Assembly: GCA_964016885.1 (NCBI GenBank)
Contig: OZ024748.1
Coordinates: 45,198,001 to 45,262,000 of the forward strand
Origin: Eledone cirrhosa
Taxonomy: Eukaryota
Direction: 5' to 3'
DNA: 64,000 nucleotides
Part shown: positions 28,968 through 43,316 of the stretch, piece after piece
Numbering within the stretch: the stretch's first letter is position 1
Layout: each line of letters opens with the position of its first letter
The notes under the pieces: model-generated
The model's input: only the letters and a program-made list of their open reading frames with translations
Databases searched by the model: none
Told to the model about the DNA's origin: nothing
Position numbers and translations under genes: made by a program

Positions 28968-29480
28968 ATCCAACGAAGCTACACCAAGAGGATTGCGACG
29001 ATGAAGGAGATAAGCTACTGGGAGAGAGGCTAAAAGAACTGAACATCTACTCCTTGGAACGAACACGGGAGAGGTACGCAGTGATATACATATGGAAAAT
29101 CCCGGAGGGACTAGCACCAAACTTTGGCATTGGGAGCTGGGCCAACCACCGGAGAGGACGTCACAGTGTGGTGCCAAAGGTCCAGTCTTCCATATCAGGA
29201 GCAGGTATTGCAATAACCTGGGGTTCAAAGGCCCTCAACTCTTCAACAGATGCCGAGGGATTTGAGAGATCTGCATGGTGTCGACGTGGATGTTTTCAAG
29301 AAACATCTCGACATCTTGGTATCCAGGATCTCGGATGAGCCCACAGCACGGCACGAAGGAAACCTAAGGGCAGCAGCAACGAACTCCCTCTTGCACCAAT
29401 GGCGAGCCAACACAGGTCGAGATATAATGTGTGGCAACAAGGGCGGTGCCCCAGCATGGCCTCAGCCGGATGGCTAGAAC
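28968..29480 (+). mobile_element. 3' end of a CR1/L2-group LINE (post-RT region)
   Basis: [58 protein letters not shown]...DEP...RAAATNSL; frameshifted. Confidence 0.8.
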
Positions 29481-29547
29481 AGGTAAAAGAGTAAAAGAGT
29501 AAAACAGTATATATACAGATAATATATATGCATAATATACACATATG

Positions 29548-29684
<137 letters not shown>

Positions 29685-29701
29685 CATATATATATATATA
29701 C

Positions 29702-29808
<107 letters not shown>

Positions 29809-29827
29809 CATATATATATACATATAC

Positions 29828-29894
<67 letters not shown>

Positions 29895-30127
29895 TTAGAA
29901 ACACACAGATACATGCGGACACACACATATATACATGAATGCATCCGCACCCAACTGTGAGTTAAGGGTGCCAACTTCACCGATGTTGCTCAATGAATGA
30001 CTGGGACAGACCAATTCAGTTGAACTAGACTGAACCAGTATCAGAGTTAAAAATACATTATGAAGAGAGAAGAAACATTTAGATATAATTAGTAATAAAA
30101 TGTATCATACCTAAACTGCTCCTAAAT

Positions 30128-30217
30128 TCCTCGACTACGTAGTTTCGTGGCATAAACAAAAACAATAAATCATAAAGATATAGAGTCCTTGCGAGGTCTG
30201 CCGACTTATCAAGAGGA
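30128..30217 (-). ncRNA. Hammerhead ribozyme with a U3-A8 variant core
   Basis: UCCUC-UUGAUAA-GUCGGCA...UGCCAC-GAAA-CUACGUAG-UC-GAGGA; 5-bp stem I, palindromic stem III, GUC triplet. Confidence 0.75.
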
Positions 30218-30230
30218 TACATATATATAA

Positions 30231-33200
30231 CTAGCACTTTAGCCCGGCGTTGCTCGGGTTTGTTCATTTGCTATGAAAAGTTACATACAGGTAAACGTGG
30301 TTTGAAAGCGCATAAGCTTATCAATTAAGTGAATAAAGCAGTTGAACCGGTTATTAATAGTTAAGAACCAATTAGCATTTTGGACAATCAATGATGGGTT
30401 AATAATCTTCCAATAGCGAATTTAGTAGACGAAAGTTGCAAGATGGTGGCCTTGATGCCGCTGGGTGTCAGATCTGTCCGCTATGGGTGACCCTACCAGT
30501 TTTCCAGACGGCATAGCTCCAACACCTCCAACACCTGCACTAACATCTATAGCACTTCTTTGTAGACGATATTGTGTGTCATCCCTTGAGGAGTGTAAGC
30601 AAAAAGTCCATTCCTGCTCCTTACGCGGGAACAGCAACATAAAGTCGGCCATGGGAGAAGCATGGCTCCCCCAAATGGATGCCCGCCACCGATAATGTTT
30701 GCCCTTGTGACTTGTTAATGGACATGGCAAAACATGGTCTCACCGGAAATTGGGATCGCCGGAAATCGAACGGGATATCTGACGCCGAGGGGAAAGGTTC
30801 ATCCTTGGAATGAAAACATTCTCCCCTCTCCCGCACCCCATTACAATGGTGGCCTCAAACAAGTGGGCGTCAGTGACTTGACGACCATGCGAGTACCGTT
30901 GCACTGCTTTGCTGGACGTAAGTTCCTTATTAGCATAATGGGACATCCAACCCTAAGCTTAAGAATATGAGGTGAGAGCCCTGGGGGCTCAAGGGAATTT
31001 AATAACTCAACCGGATAATTAACGATATCGTCGGGGTCTGACGTCCGGTCGATAGATTTGAAGATGTGTTCTTTACCGGCAATTTTCTTAATCAGCTGCT
31101 CGTTAATAACATTAACCATGGTATTTTTCGGAGCAAGGATGGCTCTTTCGCTGAGCTAATCGAGGTTTTTAAAGTTAGATGAGACATTAGGAAAAACTGC
31201 TTCCCAAAGGTCAGAAGGGCTGCTCACAATGTTGCACAGGGAGTCGATTGCTATGCTGCCCTTGTCATCCGCAGGGACCCTGCCCTCACCAAGTGCTAAA
31301 ATATTCTGAGCAAATGCTGCAGACAAGTTGTCACCATGCAAATAAGCACACATTTTTGTGCTCAGGTACAAACCCTTCACCTGGAGCCACAACATGGACG
31401 ACTTAAGACAGGCACGCACTTCATCAGCTCTTGTCCCTTTGGGGGGTGACAGGCAGCGTTTGCCGAAAATCCCCTGATAGCAGAAAGATTACGCCACCCA
31501 TAGGAGCCGTAGAATCCCTAATGTCTTTCAGGGTCCTGTCCAATGCCTCAAGGGCACCCTTGTGTGCCATTGTGCTCTCATCCCAAACAATGAGGCAATA
31601 TTTTTTGAGAACCAGAGCTTCGTGTGAACTCTTGCTGATATTGCATGTTGGTGTCTCAGTTTTTACTAAATCCAAGGGGAGTTTAAAGGTTGAATGTGCT
31701 GTCCTGCCTCCCGGCAGCAAAGTAGCAGCGATTCCGGACGATGCAACGGCCAACGCAATTTTTTTCTCCTGAAGAATCTTAGCGAGAATCAATTTCGTTA
31801 CATAAGTTTTTCCGGTACCCCCAGGAGCATCTAGAAAGTAAATACCCCCAGTATGATTTTGAACCGCGTCAATGATAGTTAAATAGGCTAGCCTTTGGTC
31901 CGACAGAAGTTTGGGCTCATTTTCCTCTAAGTATTGGGAAAGAGATTCGATGTCATATGCTGTTTCCCGCAACAAATCCGGGGCCAACGTGTTAGTTTCC
32001 TCTCTGGCGGTTGACGGCAAGCCATACGCCGCCAACTCACTCCCAGCCATGTCGAGGAGGGCGTCCTCGATATCAATGAGTGCCCTGTTGTAGATAATGT
32101 CGCTGTAACCAACTTCCACTGAAGTATACTGCAGATGAGCCAGGCGCAGGAAGTCCTCAGACATGAAGTCTCTGTATTTGACCCATAAAGATTTGGGATC
32201 ACCCAATTCACACTTGTGAAGAAAAATAGCAAAGAGTTCCCGTAGACCTTTAGGTGATTTCAACAAAGCACCCTCTGCTAAAATGGAATCCCATTGCGAA
32301 TCATCTTCCAAAAGACCACGCTTAAAGCAGGCTTCCCGGTACGTATCACATATTTCTCCATCAACAGTTTTGATGTCCTGAAAACTTTGTGGGCCTACAA
32401 CTTCAAGCAGAAGAAGGCGGAGATGAAAGCACTCATGCTGACTTGGGGGCACAGTGTAAACCCTTCCAAGACAGCTGTCAAATTTTACACCAGGATGTCT
32501 TGGAACAGCCTGACCTGACTTTCTTTGCACCCAAGTGTTTTTCGACCATATAAAGTAGGATGGAACCTGGGAGTACACAATTGTTTGCGGAAATGTATCG
32601 AACTGGCAAAGTTTGAAGAAACCCGTCAGAGTGGTCTCTTTCGGATCGGCGGCCAACTTGGCGGCGGTTTGGTCCGTAACGTAACCCCTTTGCCCATTTT
32701 CCAAATGTACCGCAAGCTGTACGATGGCGGGGTGACATTGGTGTAGGGGTAAACCAAATAGGCGCCAAAAAGCTTCATTGCTACTGATGTACCGCCCCGC
32801 CAGGTATTCTGTGACCTCGTCCCTGCTATTTTCAACATGAAATGCGAACTTTGCGGCATCAGAGCCCTTATTTACATATTTGCATATGTATTTTATCGAC
32901 TTGACGGAGTTGCAAAACTCAACGTTGATGTGGGCGTTGAACATCTTCAAGAGAAGCGGGCAGTAAGGGACCACCCATCTATTGTCGACTTGACCTCCCC
33001 TTACTGTTGTGGTGAAACCACCGTTCTTGGGCCGTCTCCGCCTGTACAGGGGGTACCCGTCGCCACCAGTCTGAGTCTGGTCAACAAATTTTTTGGGGTA
33101 TCCCTTACTGCACGCCCCCCCCTTTCAAACACGTGTGATGCTCATTAGGACCCGACGCACACAGACCATGAATCATGTTACCTTTGACGATGTCATGTAA

Positions 33201-33480
33201 TTCCTGGTCAGTTGCTGGGTTAGGGATTTCCGCCGAAATGAAGCTGTCTATGGCATTTGAATTGATTTTATCAGCTAACCAAATCAAAATGTGAGCATGT
33301 GGCAGCCCTCGTTTTTGCCATTCGACGGTGAACATGTCACATTTTACAGCCCCAAATACCTGACCCTTTTTGATTAAAGCCATGAGTTTAGCCAGTTTCA
33401 GTCTGAACACTCTGGCAATGAGGTCATGTCTGTTCGAATAATTTTGCCCAGGAAAAAGTTCACGAGTTACATTCCGATTC
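30231..33480 (-). mobile_element. Helitron: fragmented Rep/PIF1-helicase ORF (coding ~33470 to 30547) and 3' terminus
   Basis: HUH motif VEWQKRGLPHAHIL; VPY..LL..FNAHINVE; YICKYVNKG; helicase motifs DAPGGTGKT, GRTAHS.F, WDE, GDFRQ.LPV, NGTR, FAMSINKSQGQ, FSHG.LYVA, ending NIVYKEVL*. The minus-strand end has a CCCGAGC-AAC-GCCGGG hairpin, then CTAG|T at 30231. Confidence 0.95.
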
Positions 33481-33577
33481 ATATGTCTATAGCATTAATC
33501 TGTTATATGAAGTGTTATTTTGCCGGTTGTTATTTGAAATAAGCCGATTGAAAATGCCCCAGATAAGCCGTATGTCA

Positions 33578-33826
33578 ATACGGAACGCTCCACTGCAGTG
33601 TTGTCATATAGGGAGTGAAGAGTGAGAGAGAGAGTAAAGCAGTTAAATTATAGAGAGGGGGAATATACGGAACGCTACATTTGATCATATACATTGTTTC
33701 TCTCTCTGCAGTGTTGTCATATAGGGAATGGAGAGCGACAGAGAGAGTAAAGCAGTTAAATTATAGAGAGGGGGAATATACGGAACGCTCCATTTGATCA
33801 TATACATTGTTTCTCTCTCTGCAGTG
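33578..33826. repeat. ~115-bp tandem duplication upstream of the Helitron ORF
   Basis: ctgcagtgttgtcatataggga...gggggaatatacggaacgct occurs twice. Confidence 0.85.
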
Positions 33827-35191
33827 GTCTTTGTTGAGAATCATGTAAATAAATGCTTGAGCGTCGTTATTGTTATGTTTGTTGTTTTATAAATTCATCT
33901 GTTAGCTACCTTTAACACAACTTAATAATAATAAAGTATATATACATTTATAATTAAATATAAAATGTAATAGCATTGTATATTAGGGATCAACTTTCAA
34001 AACAATAATGTATATTATTACACGTATTGCATATCTATTTTTACATATTAACAGCTATACAATTCTTCATAACATATACCTTGTCCAGTACTGAATAGAT
34101 AACAATTTAAAGAGACCTTTAATGTATGATAGTATAATAAAATACACTGTATTTAAAATCAGGTATAAATATACAGCGTTATGTAATAGAGATGCAATGG
34201 TATCACATTATAATGTGTATTAGAACAAAGAATTTTAATAACTGAATTGAACTTAATTAGCTAGTTACCTCCCTTTACGCATTAGCTCCCCTTATTCACT
34301 TCCGGAAATTAACGATTGGAAAATTTACCGGTTGATCAAATATAGTCTATGAATATGAATACATTAAAATTAATTTACAATCCATTGCTCTAACTAACTT
34401 AAAACATTCAATATAAACATTAACTAAAATTTAACACATGTCATGGAAAAGTCTGCAAAAACTGTATATTTCTCAACACACACAAATTCGAACACTGTCA
34501 GCATACAGCATCCACCATAGATTCTAATACATTAACATATTTGCTTAAAGTGCAGTATTTATTCATCTATATATGCAAAATAGCTTTGCTTGTCTCCTTC
34601 TCATGTATATGACTAACGGAATTACACTCTCCACACGCCTGAATATGAATTGTTAATGTACTCTTCCTTTCTCAAAACTACTTTCTCAATGCTCTTTAAT
34701 GATTGGACTATTCTCTTGTTTTATCTGTTGCATGTATTCCACTCCGTGCTTTTGATTTTAATTTGAATTTGAACTTAAATATTTATACAATTATTGTACA
34801 ATTCTCGTAAAATATATGTCACATCCATCCCACCCTGTATATACGAAACTGTTGCTCACAACATCAATTTATATGTATCTATATTAGTGTTCAGTTGAAT
34901 AGGAGGTTAATTATATGTGCAAACATTGATAATGATCCGATGACTTCAAACGAGAGTTTGGAAGAAACGATTGTCAGCTATTAAATGGTTTGAACACAAC
35001 TTTGATAATTGTATAATTTATTTATTTTCCTGCTCTGTAAAACAACTGATGTTCATACATTGAGGTATTTCTCTTACTGGTAATAAGGTAATAAGAAATT
35101 ACTGACCTCTCTGTTTATAGTTGTTTATACTATATACATAACTATAAATAGTATTATATATATATATATATATTCATTCAGGTTTGAGGTT

Positions 35192-35248
35192 CACCTGATG
35201 ATATCACCGGATTCATACGGAACCCGGTCATTGAAATGATCATAGTAT
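35192..35248 (+). ncRNA. Type I hammerhead ribozyme
   Basis: CAC-CUGAUGA-UAUCACCGG...CCGGUCAUU-GAAA-UGAUCA-UA-GUA, then AAUAAA; palindromic stem III; stem I is short. Confidence 0.65.
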
Positions 35249-35294
35249 AATAAACCTTTCAAGGATTTACACAAATCCAGCCTCCTGTCATTTC

Positions 35295-35351
<57 letters not shown>

Positions 35352-35698
35352 CGTATTGGGTATACCTTCTTTACACCTGTTGATTAGCCCTGAGGAGGTA
35401 TGGCACCAGCACTTTGGTGAAACATTCTCTTCTTTGGTTATGTCCAGGTGTGTATAGTTGTAAAGGTGGGTTTTTTACACTTTAATTTTACATCTTAATT
35501 ATTATGTATTTTCTCCACTTTCGTACACCTTATATCCTTCACAATAGTGGTTTTCTACCCCCTGTAAATGAAAGCAGAACCCATTTTTGTGTTTTCTTCT
35601 CTCTATACTGTATTATGTATATTTATGCAAACACATATGTATATATGTATATATAAGAAAAGAATGATCGACTTTCGTCAAATCGGACCGAGGGAACA

Positions 35699-35765
<67 letters not shown>

Positions 35766-35772
<7 letters not shown>

Positions 35773-36308
35773 ATACTTTGGGAGGGTCATGTTGCCAATA
35801 AGAAACACACGCACCACTTTCTTTCACTTCAGTTTATTATATATTTATAAATTTACAAGTTTATAAATTTATAAATTTCTGGTTGGTTGGTTGGTTCCAC
35901 AACCAGATAGTTGTTTATATATAGTCATAGTCCTTTCGTCACACACTCTGTGACCTCTTCAGTGACTGGGGATTCCTTTCTTTGTTTCTGTGCCTCTCCT
36001 TTGTTCTGTCCTACGCCATTTTGTTTCTGTGTGTGTGTTGTGTGCTCAGTCTGCGCATGCGCCACATCCGGGTGTCTGTGTGTGTTTATGTTCATTTATC
36101 TATTTGTTTATTTATTTATTTATTTACATGTTACTGGTTGGTTGTTTGTTCTATGTGTGTGTGTGTTTTCACTTTGTCCTTAATTGTAAGTTGTGATGTT
36201 GCTGTTCCACTCATATTTTCTATTTTCTATTTTCCTCCCAAAGTATAACAATATCGGTTTCAACACACGGTTTCAGATAAAGAATCTTGCTAAACAAATT
36301 CAGAAACG

Positions 36309-36311
<3 letters not shown>
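35766..36311. mobile_element. PLE terminal-repeat insertion (17486 family): minus-strand arm with HHR at 35923-35967 plus a short inverted tailed arm (36235-36311)
   Basis: Near-identical to 17543-17800; HHR AGUCA-CUGAAGA-GGUCACA...GUGUGAC-GAAA-GGAC-UA-UGACU. Confidence 0.8.
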
Positions 36312-36360
<49 letters not shown>

Positions 36361-36363
<3 letters not shown>

Positions 36364-36556
36364 AACCAGTAAGACCCCGACAGCTGAGCTCAAGCCGTTT
36401 CGACGGCTAATTCTGGTTATTAGCAGAATTAGCCGTCGAAACGGCTTGAGCTCAGCTGTCGGGGTCTTACTGGTTCCTATTACCCACTCTACTACCTCAA
36501 GTATTGAGTACTTTGGTGCGTTATGGTCCACCTGGTTCCTTACCACATTTCCTTCG

Positions 36557-36558
<2 letters not shown>
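36361..36558. mobile_element. Hairpin insertion: ~55-bp inverted arms carrying the 3' half of an HHR, plus a tail
   Basis: aggaaccagtaagaccccgac...ctaattctg / cagaattag...gtcggggtcttactggttcct; GAAA-CGGCU-UGAGCUC-AGCUG-UC-GGGG. Confidence 0.8.
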
Positions 36559-36597
<39 letters not shown>

Positions 36598-36652
36598 TAA
36601 ATGTACTATTGAGTAGTCATTTAAAACTAGTCTCATAACATTGAGCTAACAA

Positions 36653-36721
<69 letters not shown>

Positions 36722-36732
36722 TACATATACAT

Positions 36733-36764
<32 letters not shown>

Positions 36765-36834
36765 GTATATATATCTATATTTGAAAGATTTTAACTATAA
36801 TCCGAAAGTGTTGCTACCACGATCACCACGACTA

Positions 36835-36934
<100 letters not shown>

Positions 36935-36999
36935 AATAATAAAAAAGAAAACTATTAAATGGAATATGTATGATAAATATTTCCGTCACTAAATGGGTG

Positions 37000-37006
37000 G
37001 GGATGT

Positions 37007-37074
<68 letters not shown>

Positions 37075-37440
37075 CGCAATATATTTAATACAAGAGAGAT
37101 AGAGGGAGAGATAGAAAGACAGAGAGATACAGGGAGATAGATATGGAGGGTGGAATAAACAAAGAGAGAAGGAGTTATATGTATAGAGAGAGATATAGGT
37201 AGATAGATAGATAGATATATTTCTTTTATTTGCCACTAGGGCATCAAAAGTGGGACAAGTACAAAGGGGGGAGTTTACACAAAAAGGCGTCCTCAATAAG
37301 GAGAAGGCAATAACAAAATATAAAAATAAAATAAGATATAACAAAAAATAAAATTTTAAAATTTTTAACAAAATCCTCAATAGAGAGGAGGCGCCTTGGG
37401 GGGTCGCACACACCCCCGAAAAAAGTGTGCAAGATATAGG

Positions 37441-37471
<31 letters not shown>

Positions 37472-37482
37472 GATAGTTAGAG

Positions 37483-37513
<31 letters not shown>

Positions 37514-37625
37514 TAGGATAGATAGATAGAGAGACGGATATAGGGAGAGAGAGACAAAAGGGGTGTTAAATAGACAGAGATAGATAGCTACATAGAGAGA
37601 GTGAAAGAGATAGATAGATGAATAG

Positions 37626-37676
<51 letters not shown>

Positions 37677-37681
37677 GATAT

Positions 37682-37712
<31 letters not shown>

Positions 37713-37822
37713 TAGATGGATAGATAGAGATAGAGGTAGATAGAGAGAGATAGAGAGAGAGATATAGAGAAAGGAAAAGAGAGATAGGTAGAGAGAGAGA
37801 GAGAGATAGAGATAGAGAGAGT

Positions 37823-37878
<56 letters not shown>

Positions 37879-37900
37879 TAGCTAGAGAGAGAGAGATATT
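37000..37900. repeat. (GA)n/(GATA)n tract containing a ~215-bp unique insert (37220-37435), possibly a LINE 3' tail on the minus strand
   Basis: Repeats read directly. The insert starts ttttatttgccactaggg...gggacaa, similar to 5685-5740. Confidence 0.7.
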
Positions 37901-38197
37901 TAGCTAGAGAAAGAAACAGAGTGAGAAAGTCTAGTCATATATTGAATACAAGAGAACAGAAGTTCTTACGGGTAAAAAAAAAGAAAATTGAAAATTTAAC
38001 GTAATTGATATTATTGAATAATTTTTTGAAATATTTCGAAGCGCGCTCATTATTCTAGTATGCTAAAGACCTACTTTATACTTCACTCAACATTTCAACA
38101 TATGTTACTAGGTTCTTATTTAACAGCATACATTGATATTATCATAAGGAAATGTTTTACTCGAGTAATGGTTTCATATTTACATAATCGTACACGG

Positions 38198-38258
<61 letters not shown>

Positions 38259-38471
38259 CCCCGGTCTCTCTCTCTTAGCCCCCTCTCTCTCTCTCCTCTC
38301 CCGGTCTCTCTCTCCTAGCCCCCTCTCTCTCTCTCCTTCCCCGGTCACTCTCTCCTAGCCCTCTCTCTCTCTCTATCTCTCAATATCTCGCTCTCTCTAT
38401 CTCTTTTTCTTCTTCGTTCTTCCTTTTTCATTTCGCTATCTGCTGCCATTCGCTTTCACGATATATAATGG

Positions 38472-38513
<42 letters not shown>

Positions 38514-38518
38514 ATATG

Positions 38519-38562
<44 letters not shown>

Positions 38563-38656
38563 TATTGTATACATAACCGGCCACCCACACGCATTACACA
38601 CTCACATATATATATAAGTATATGTCTATGCATATATTTATATATATATATATATG

Positions 38657-38719
<63 letters not shown>

Positions 38720-38852
38720 ATGTCGAATAGTTGCCGGCGATACTTTGAAGTTGCAGTCACTTTGTATTCCTGTCTAGTAATATAACAATGGATAGTAATA
38801 ATAATAATAATGATAATGATATATATTCATACATATATACACACACATACGC

Positions 38853-38885
<33 letters not shown>

Positions 38886-38903
38886 TTATATATATACATA
38901 CAT

Positions 38904-39145
<242 letters not shown>

Positions 39146-39439
39146 CATATACACATATATATATATATATATCTATATATATATACCTATATATATATAT
39201 ATATGTGTAAATTTCAAATTGCTCTATCATAGATTTATCATATAATAGTGTTATTTCCTAGGAATCTGCGTAGACGAAAATATATGTGTTTTGTAATGGC
39301 AAAGAATTTCATTGAGTGCAACGGAGAGAGATACAGCATATACTCGTTAAGTATGTCAATTTTTGGCATATTTACATATATACGTGTGAGTGACGATACG
39401 ACCGAAGCTGTGTTCATTCAATTGGTTAAGCTTCATTCC

Positions 39440-39500
<61 letters not shown>

Positions 39501-39505
<5 letters not shown>

Positions 39506-39690
39506 ATAGAAGGAGCTTCTACAGGACTAGTACTGTTTCATTCAGATGAAATCTTCAGGAAGATTTCATCTGAATGAAACAGTACTAGTCCTGTAGAAGC
39601 TCCTTCTATAAAATTAAAAAAATTTTACTCTGCCATGTATTGAGTACCTTACTTACTGTGGTTATCCCCGACTCAACCCGGGACCTACGT
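39501..39690. mobile_element. Hairpin insertion (arms span 39501-39614) with HHR at 39516-39562 (-) and a tail
   Basis: CUUC-CUGAAGA-UUUC-AUCU-GAAU-GAAA-CAG-UACUAGUC-CUG-UA-GAAG; family also at 43257-43316 and 48738-48931. Confidence 0.82.
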
Positions 39691-39701
39691 ATATATATAT
39701 A

Positions 39702-39874
39702 TAGGAACGAGTAGGACCCCGACGGCTGAGCTCAAGCCGTTTCGACGGCTAATTCTGGACTCAGAATTAGCCGTCGAAACGGCTTGAGCTCAGCCGTCGG
39801 GGTCCTACTCGTTCCTATTACCCACTCTACTTCCCTAAGTATGGTCCACTTGGTTCCTTACCATATTTCCTTCG

Positions 39875-39876
<2 letters not shown>
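39702..39876. mobile_element. Hairpin insertion of the 36361 family
   Basis: Inverted arms around ggact; GAAA-CGGCU-UGAGCUC-AGCCG-UC-GGGG gives a perfect stem III plus GUC. Confidence 0.8.
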
Positions 39877-39931
<55 letters not shown>

Positions 39932-40237
39932 TATATAGTAATAATAATACATTTCAAGACTAAAATCCAAAGAGGGCTCGCTAAGGATAAATATATATAA
40001 AATATATATATCAAATACATAAGAACCGTAGAGCAACGATCCTTTGCTTAAACTTTAATCTGTTATTTTAATATATATATATACGTGTCCCAATAACTTT
40101 CTTTAATTATTGCTCGCACCAACCAGAGGTATATGATTTTTAAAGCGATGAAATACCAATGAAAGTTGGAAAATCACTGATGGAGGACTAATTTTATTCA
40201 TATGTAACCCATGTGCAACAACGCAGCTCTCCATTTT

Positions 40238-40274
<37 letters not shown>

Positions 40275-40281
40275 TATAAAT

Positions 40282-41137
<856 letters not shown>

Positions 41138-41343
41138 ATGAAAAAACAACCTGGGACACCTCCCCTTTGTTTGAAGAACTTTGTAACGCGAACTGGCGCG
41201 AAATTTATTATAATTATTGACCAACCAATCAAATTACTTCTCGAAAAACCTGGCATTTCGAGCCACTTTTTCCATATAAAACAAGTAACATTCAGAGACC
41301 AACCAGATGTGAGAAAAACCACAGACCCTCCATCTCAACTCTA

Positions 41344-41379
41344 CTTTTGAAAAGCAGAAGAACTGCGAAACCGGTAAAG
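41344..41379 (+). ncRNA. Minimal hammerhead ribozyme with a U3-A8 variant core
   Basis: CUU-UUGAAAA-GCAG-AAGAA-CUGC-GAAA-CCGG-UA-AAG; palindromic stem III ACCGGU; AAUAAA downstream. Confidence 0.65.
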
Positions 41380-41509
41380 GAACCAAATAAATATATATAT
41401 TTTTTTAAAAATAAGACTGCAGTTGCATTTTCGATTTCATCTTTTTTCTTTATACTTTCACTCGTGTAGGACACCTCGGTTATTTTTCATTTTGTAAAAA
41501 AAACCTCAC

Positions 41510-41573
<64 letters not shown>

Positions 41574-41717
41574 TTAAGTTATTTTGATTAGCTATTTGTA
41601 GATCTGGTATATATAGAGAGATGGCAACATGAATGGATCTGTTTTTTTCTCTAAAGACATTTTTTCCGATTCCACCCTGCCCGTCCCTTTAATTAATCTT
41701 TCCAATTTATCATTCTT

Positions 41718-41752
41718 TCTTCTGATGAAGGACTAGCGTCCGAAACGTTAAC
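41718..41752 (+). ncRNA. Hammerhead core without a clear stem I
   Basis: CUGAUGA-A-GGAC-UAGC-GUCC-GAAA-CGU-UA; the flanks do not pair well. Confidence 0.5.
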
Positions 41753-41935
41753 ACCCTCAAGCATTAAACTAATATATTCCTTCCATATACTACACCGTTT
41801 GTGTTGTTATTTCTTTTTACCTTTTACATCGCCCTCCACACACACACACACATATATACATATCCAAAAGGCAAACAGAAATGACAAAACACACGACACA
41901 GTCCAATGGAGAAATATATTATTTGTTTTACGCTT

Positions 41936-42125
41936 GGGCGGTGGATTGGCAGTATCGGTAGAGAGTCGGACGCCATGCTTTCCAGCATAGTTACGTCCCT
42001 TTACGGTCTCAGTTCAAATCCCGCCGAGGTTCACTTTGCCTTTCATCCTTACGGGGTCGATAAAATAAAGAACCAGTAATACACTGTGTAATTGCTGGCC
42101 TTGTGCCAAAAGTAGAAACAATTAT
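41936..42125 (+). mobile_element. Full-length tRNA-derived SINE
   Basis: A box TGGCAGTATCGG, B box AGTTCAAATCCC; TSD ttatttgttttacgctt. Confidence 0.93.
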
Positions 42126-42845
42126 TTGTTTTACGCTTGATATAGTAGGAGAAAAACTCCTAACATTTCAGTTGTTAGTCCTTCATTAAAAAATAGAATG
42201 AGGAATTAAAGATGAAACAGAAAGATTGAGGAGACGGTCAGGGCGGAAAGTTTGCTTTACATATACATGTAGATCCCGAGTTAAATCTGGGATAGCCATT
42301 GTAAATAAAGTACTCAATACATTGGTAGAATAAAAACATCAATATTTTATATATATATATATACATAGACTTATATATGTATATACACAGAGACATACTC
42401 ACACACAGAGGCAGAGATAGAGATATATACACTCATACACACACATAGATAGACAACTGCAAAATAGAAAACACACACAGAGAATCTCACACCCAGACAC
42501 ACAAATAGATGCGCACACACAGATACAAACACAGAGGCAGAGGCACACAAACACACAGAGGCATATACACATAGAGGCCACAAAATCAAAACACACAACA
42601 CACACAGGTAACAACACAAATATACACAACCACAACAACAACACTTTAGTAGTGAAGAAGGAATTAATATTTAAGTGGTTACATGAGAAAGATTTCGTTG
42701 AAACGGTTTCTGGCGATCAGCCTAGAGGGACAGAGGGAGAGGGAGGGAGAGAGAGTGAGAGAGAGAGAGAGAAAGAGAGAGAGACTATGTATGTATATGT
42801 ATATATATATATATATAAATATATATACATACATATATATATACA

Positions 42846-42924
<79 letters not shown>

Positions 42925-43174
42925 TTATTAAAATAACAGATTAAAGTTTAAGCAAAGAATCGCTGCTTTCACCCTTAACGGGATCTTCTGAAACTAACAA
43001 AGTCAATCTGTAAACGCAGAAGTGAATATTTAAAAAAACGTTGCAACCGGAGGAAGACAGGAAGACGATACTTTGGTTCGTGGAGACGTTCCCTGGCAAA
43101 GAACGGGAAAACACGAATATAATACGTCATTATCGAGCTCTCTTTGGATGTTAGTCTTCAATTTATTATTATTA

Positions 43175-43254
<80 letters not shown>

Positions 43255-43265
43255 TGTATAGAAGG

Positions 43266-43316
43266 AGCTTCTACAGGACTAGTACTGTTTCATTCAGATG
43301 TAATCTTCAGGAAGCT
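43266..43316 (-). ncRNA. Type I hammerhead ribozyme (39501 family)
   Basis: AGCUUC-CUGAAGA-UUACAUCUGAAU-GAAA-CAG..CUG-UA-GAAGCU; 6-bp stem I. Confidence 0.75.

Noticed and set aside
34560-34760. Possible decayed C2H2 zinc-finger sequence on the minus strand (..RKSTLTIHIQ..GE)
   Set aside because: It has multiple stops and no intact Cys/His spacing; it cannot be supported without a search.
35387-35450. Additional hammerhead (CUGAGGA...GAAAC)
   Set aside because: Stems I and II do not pair convincingly.
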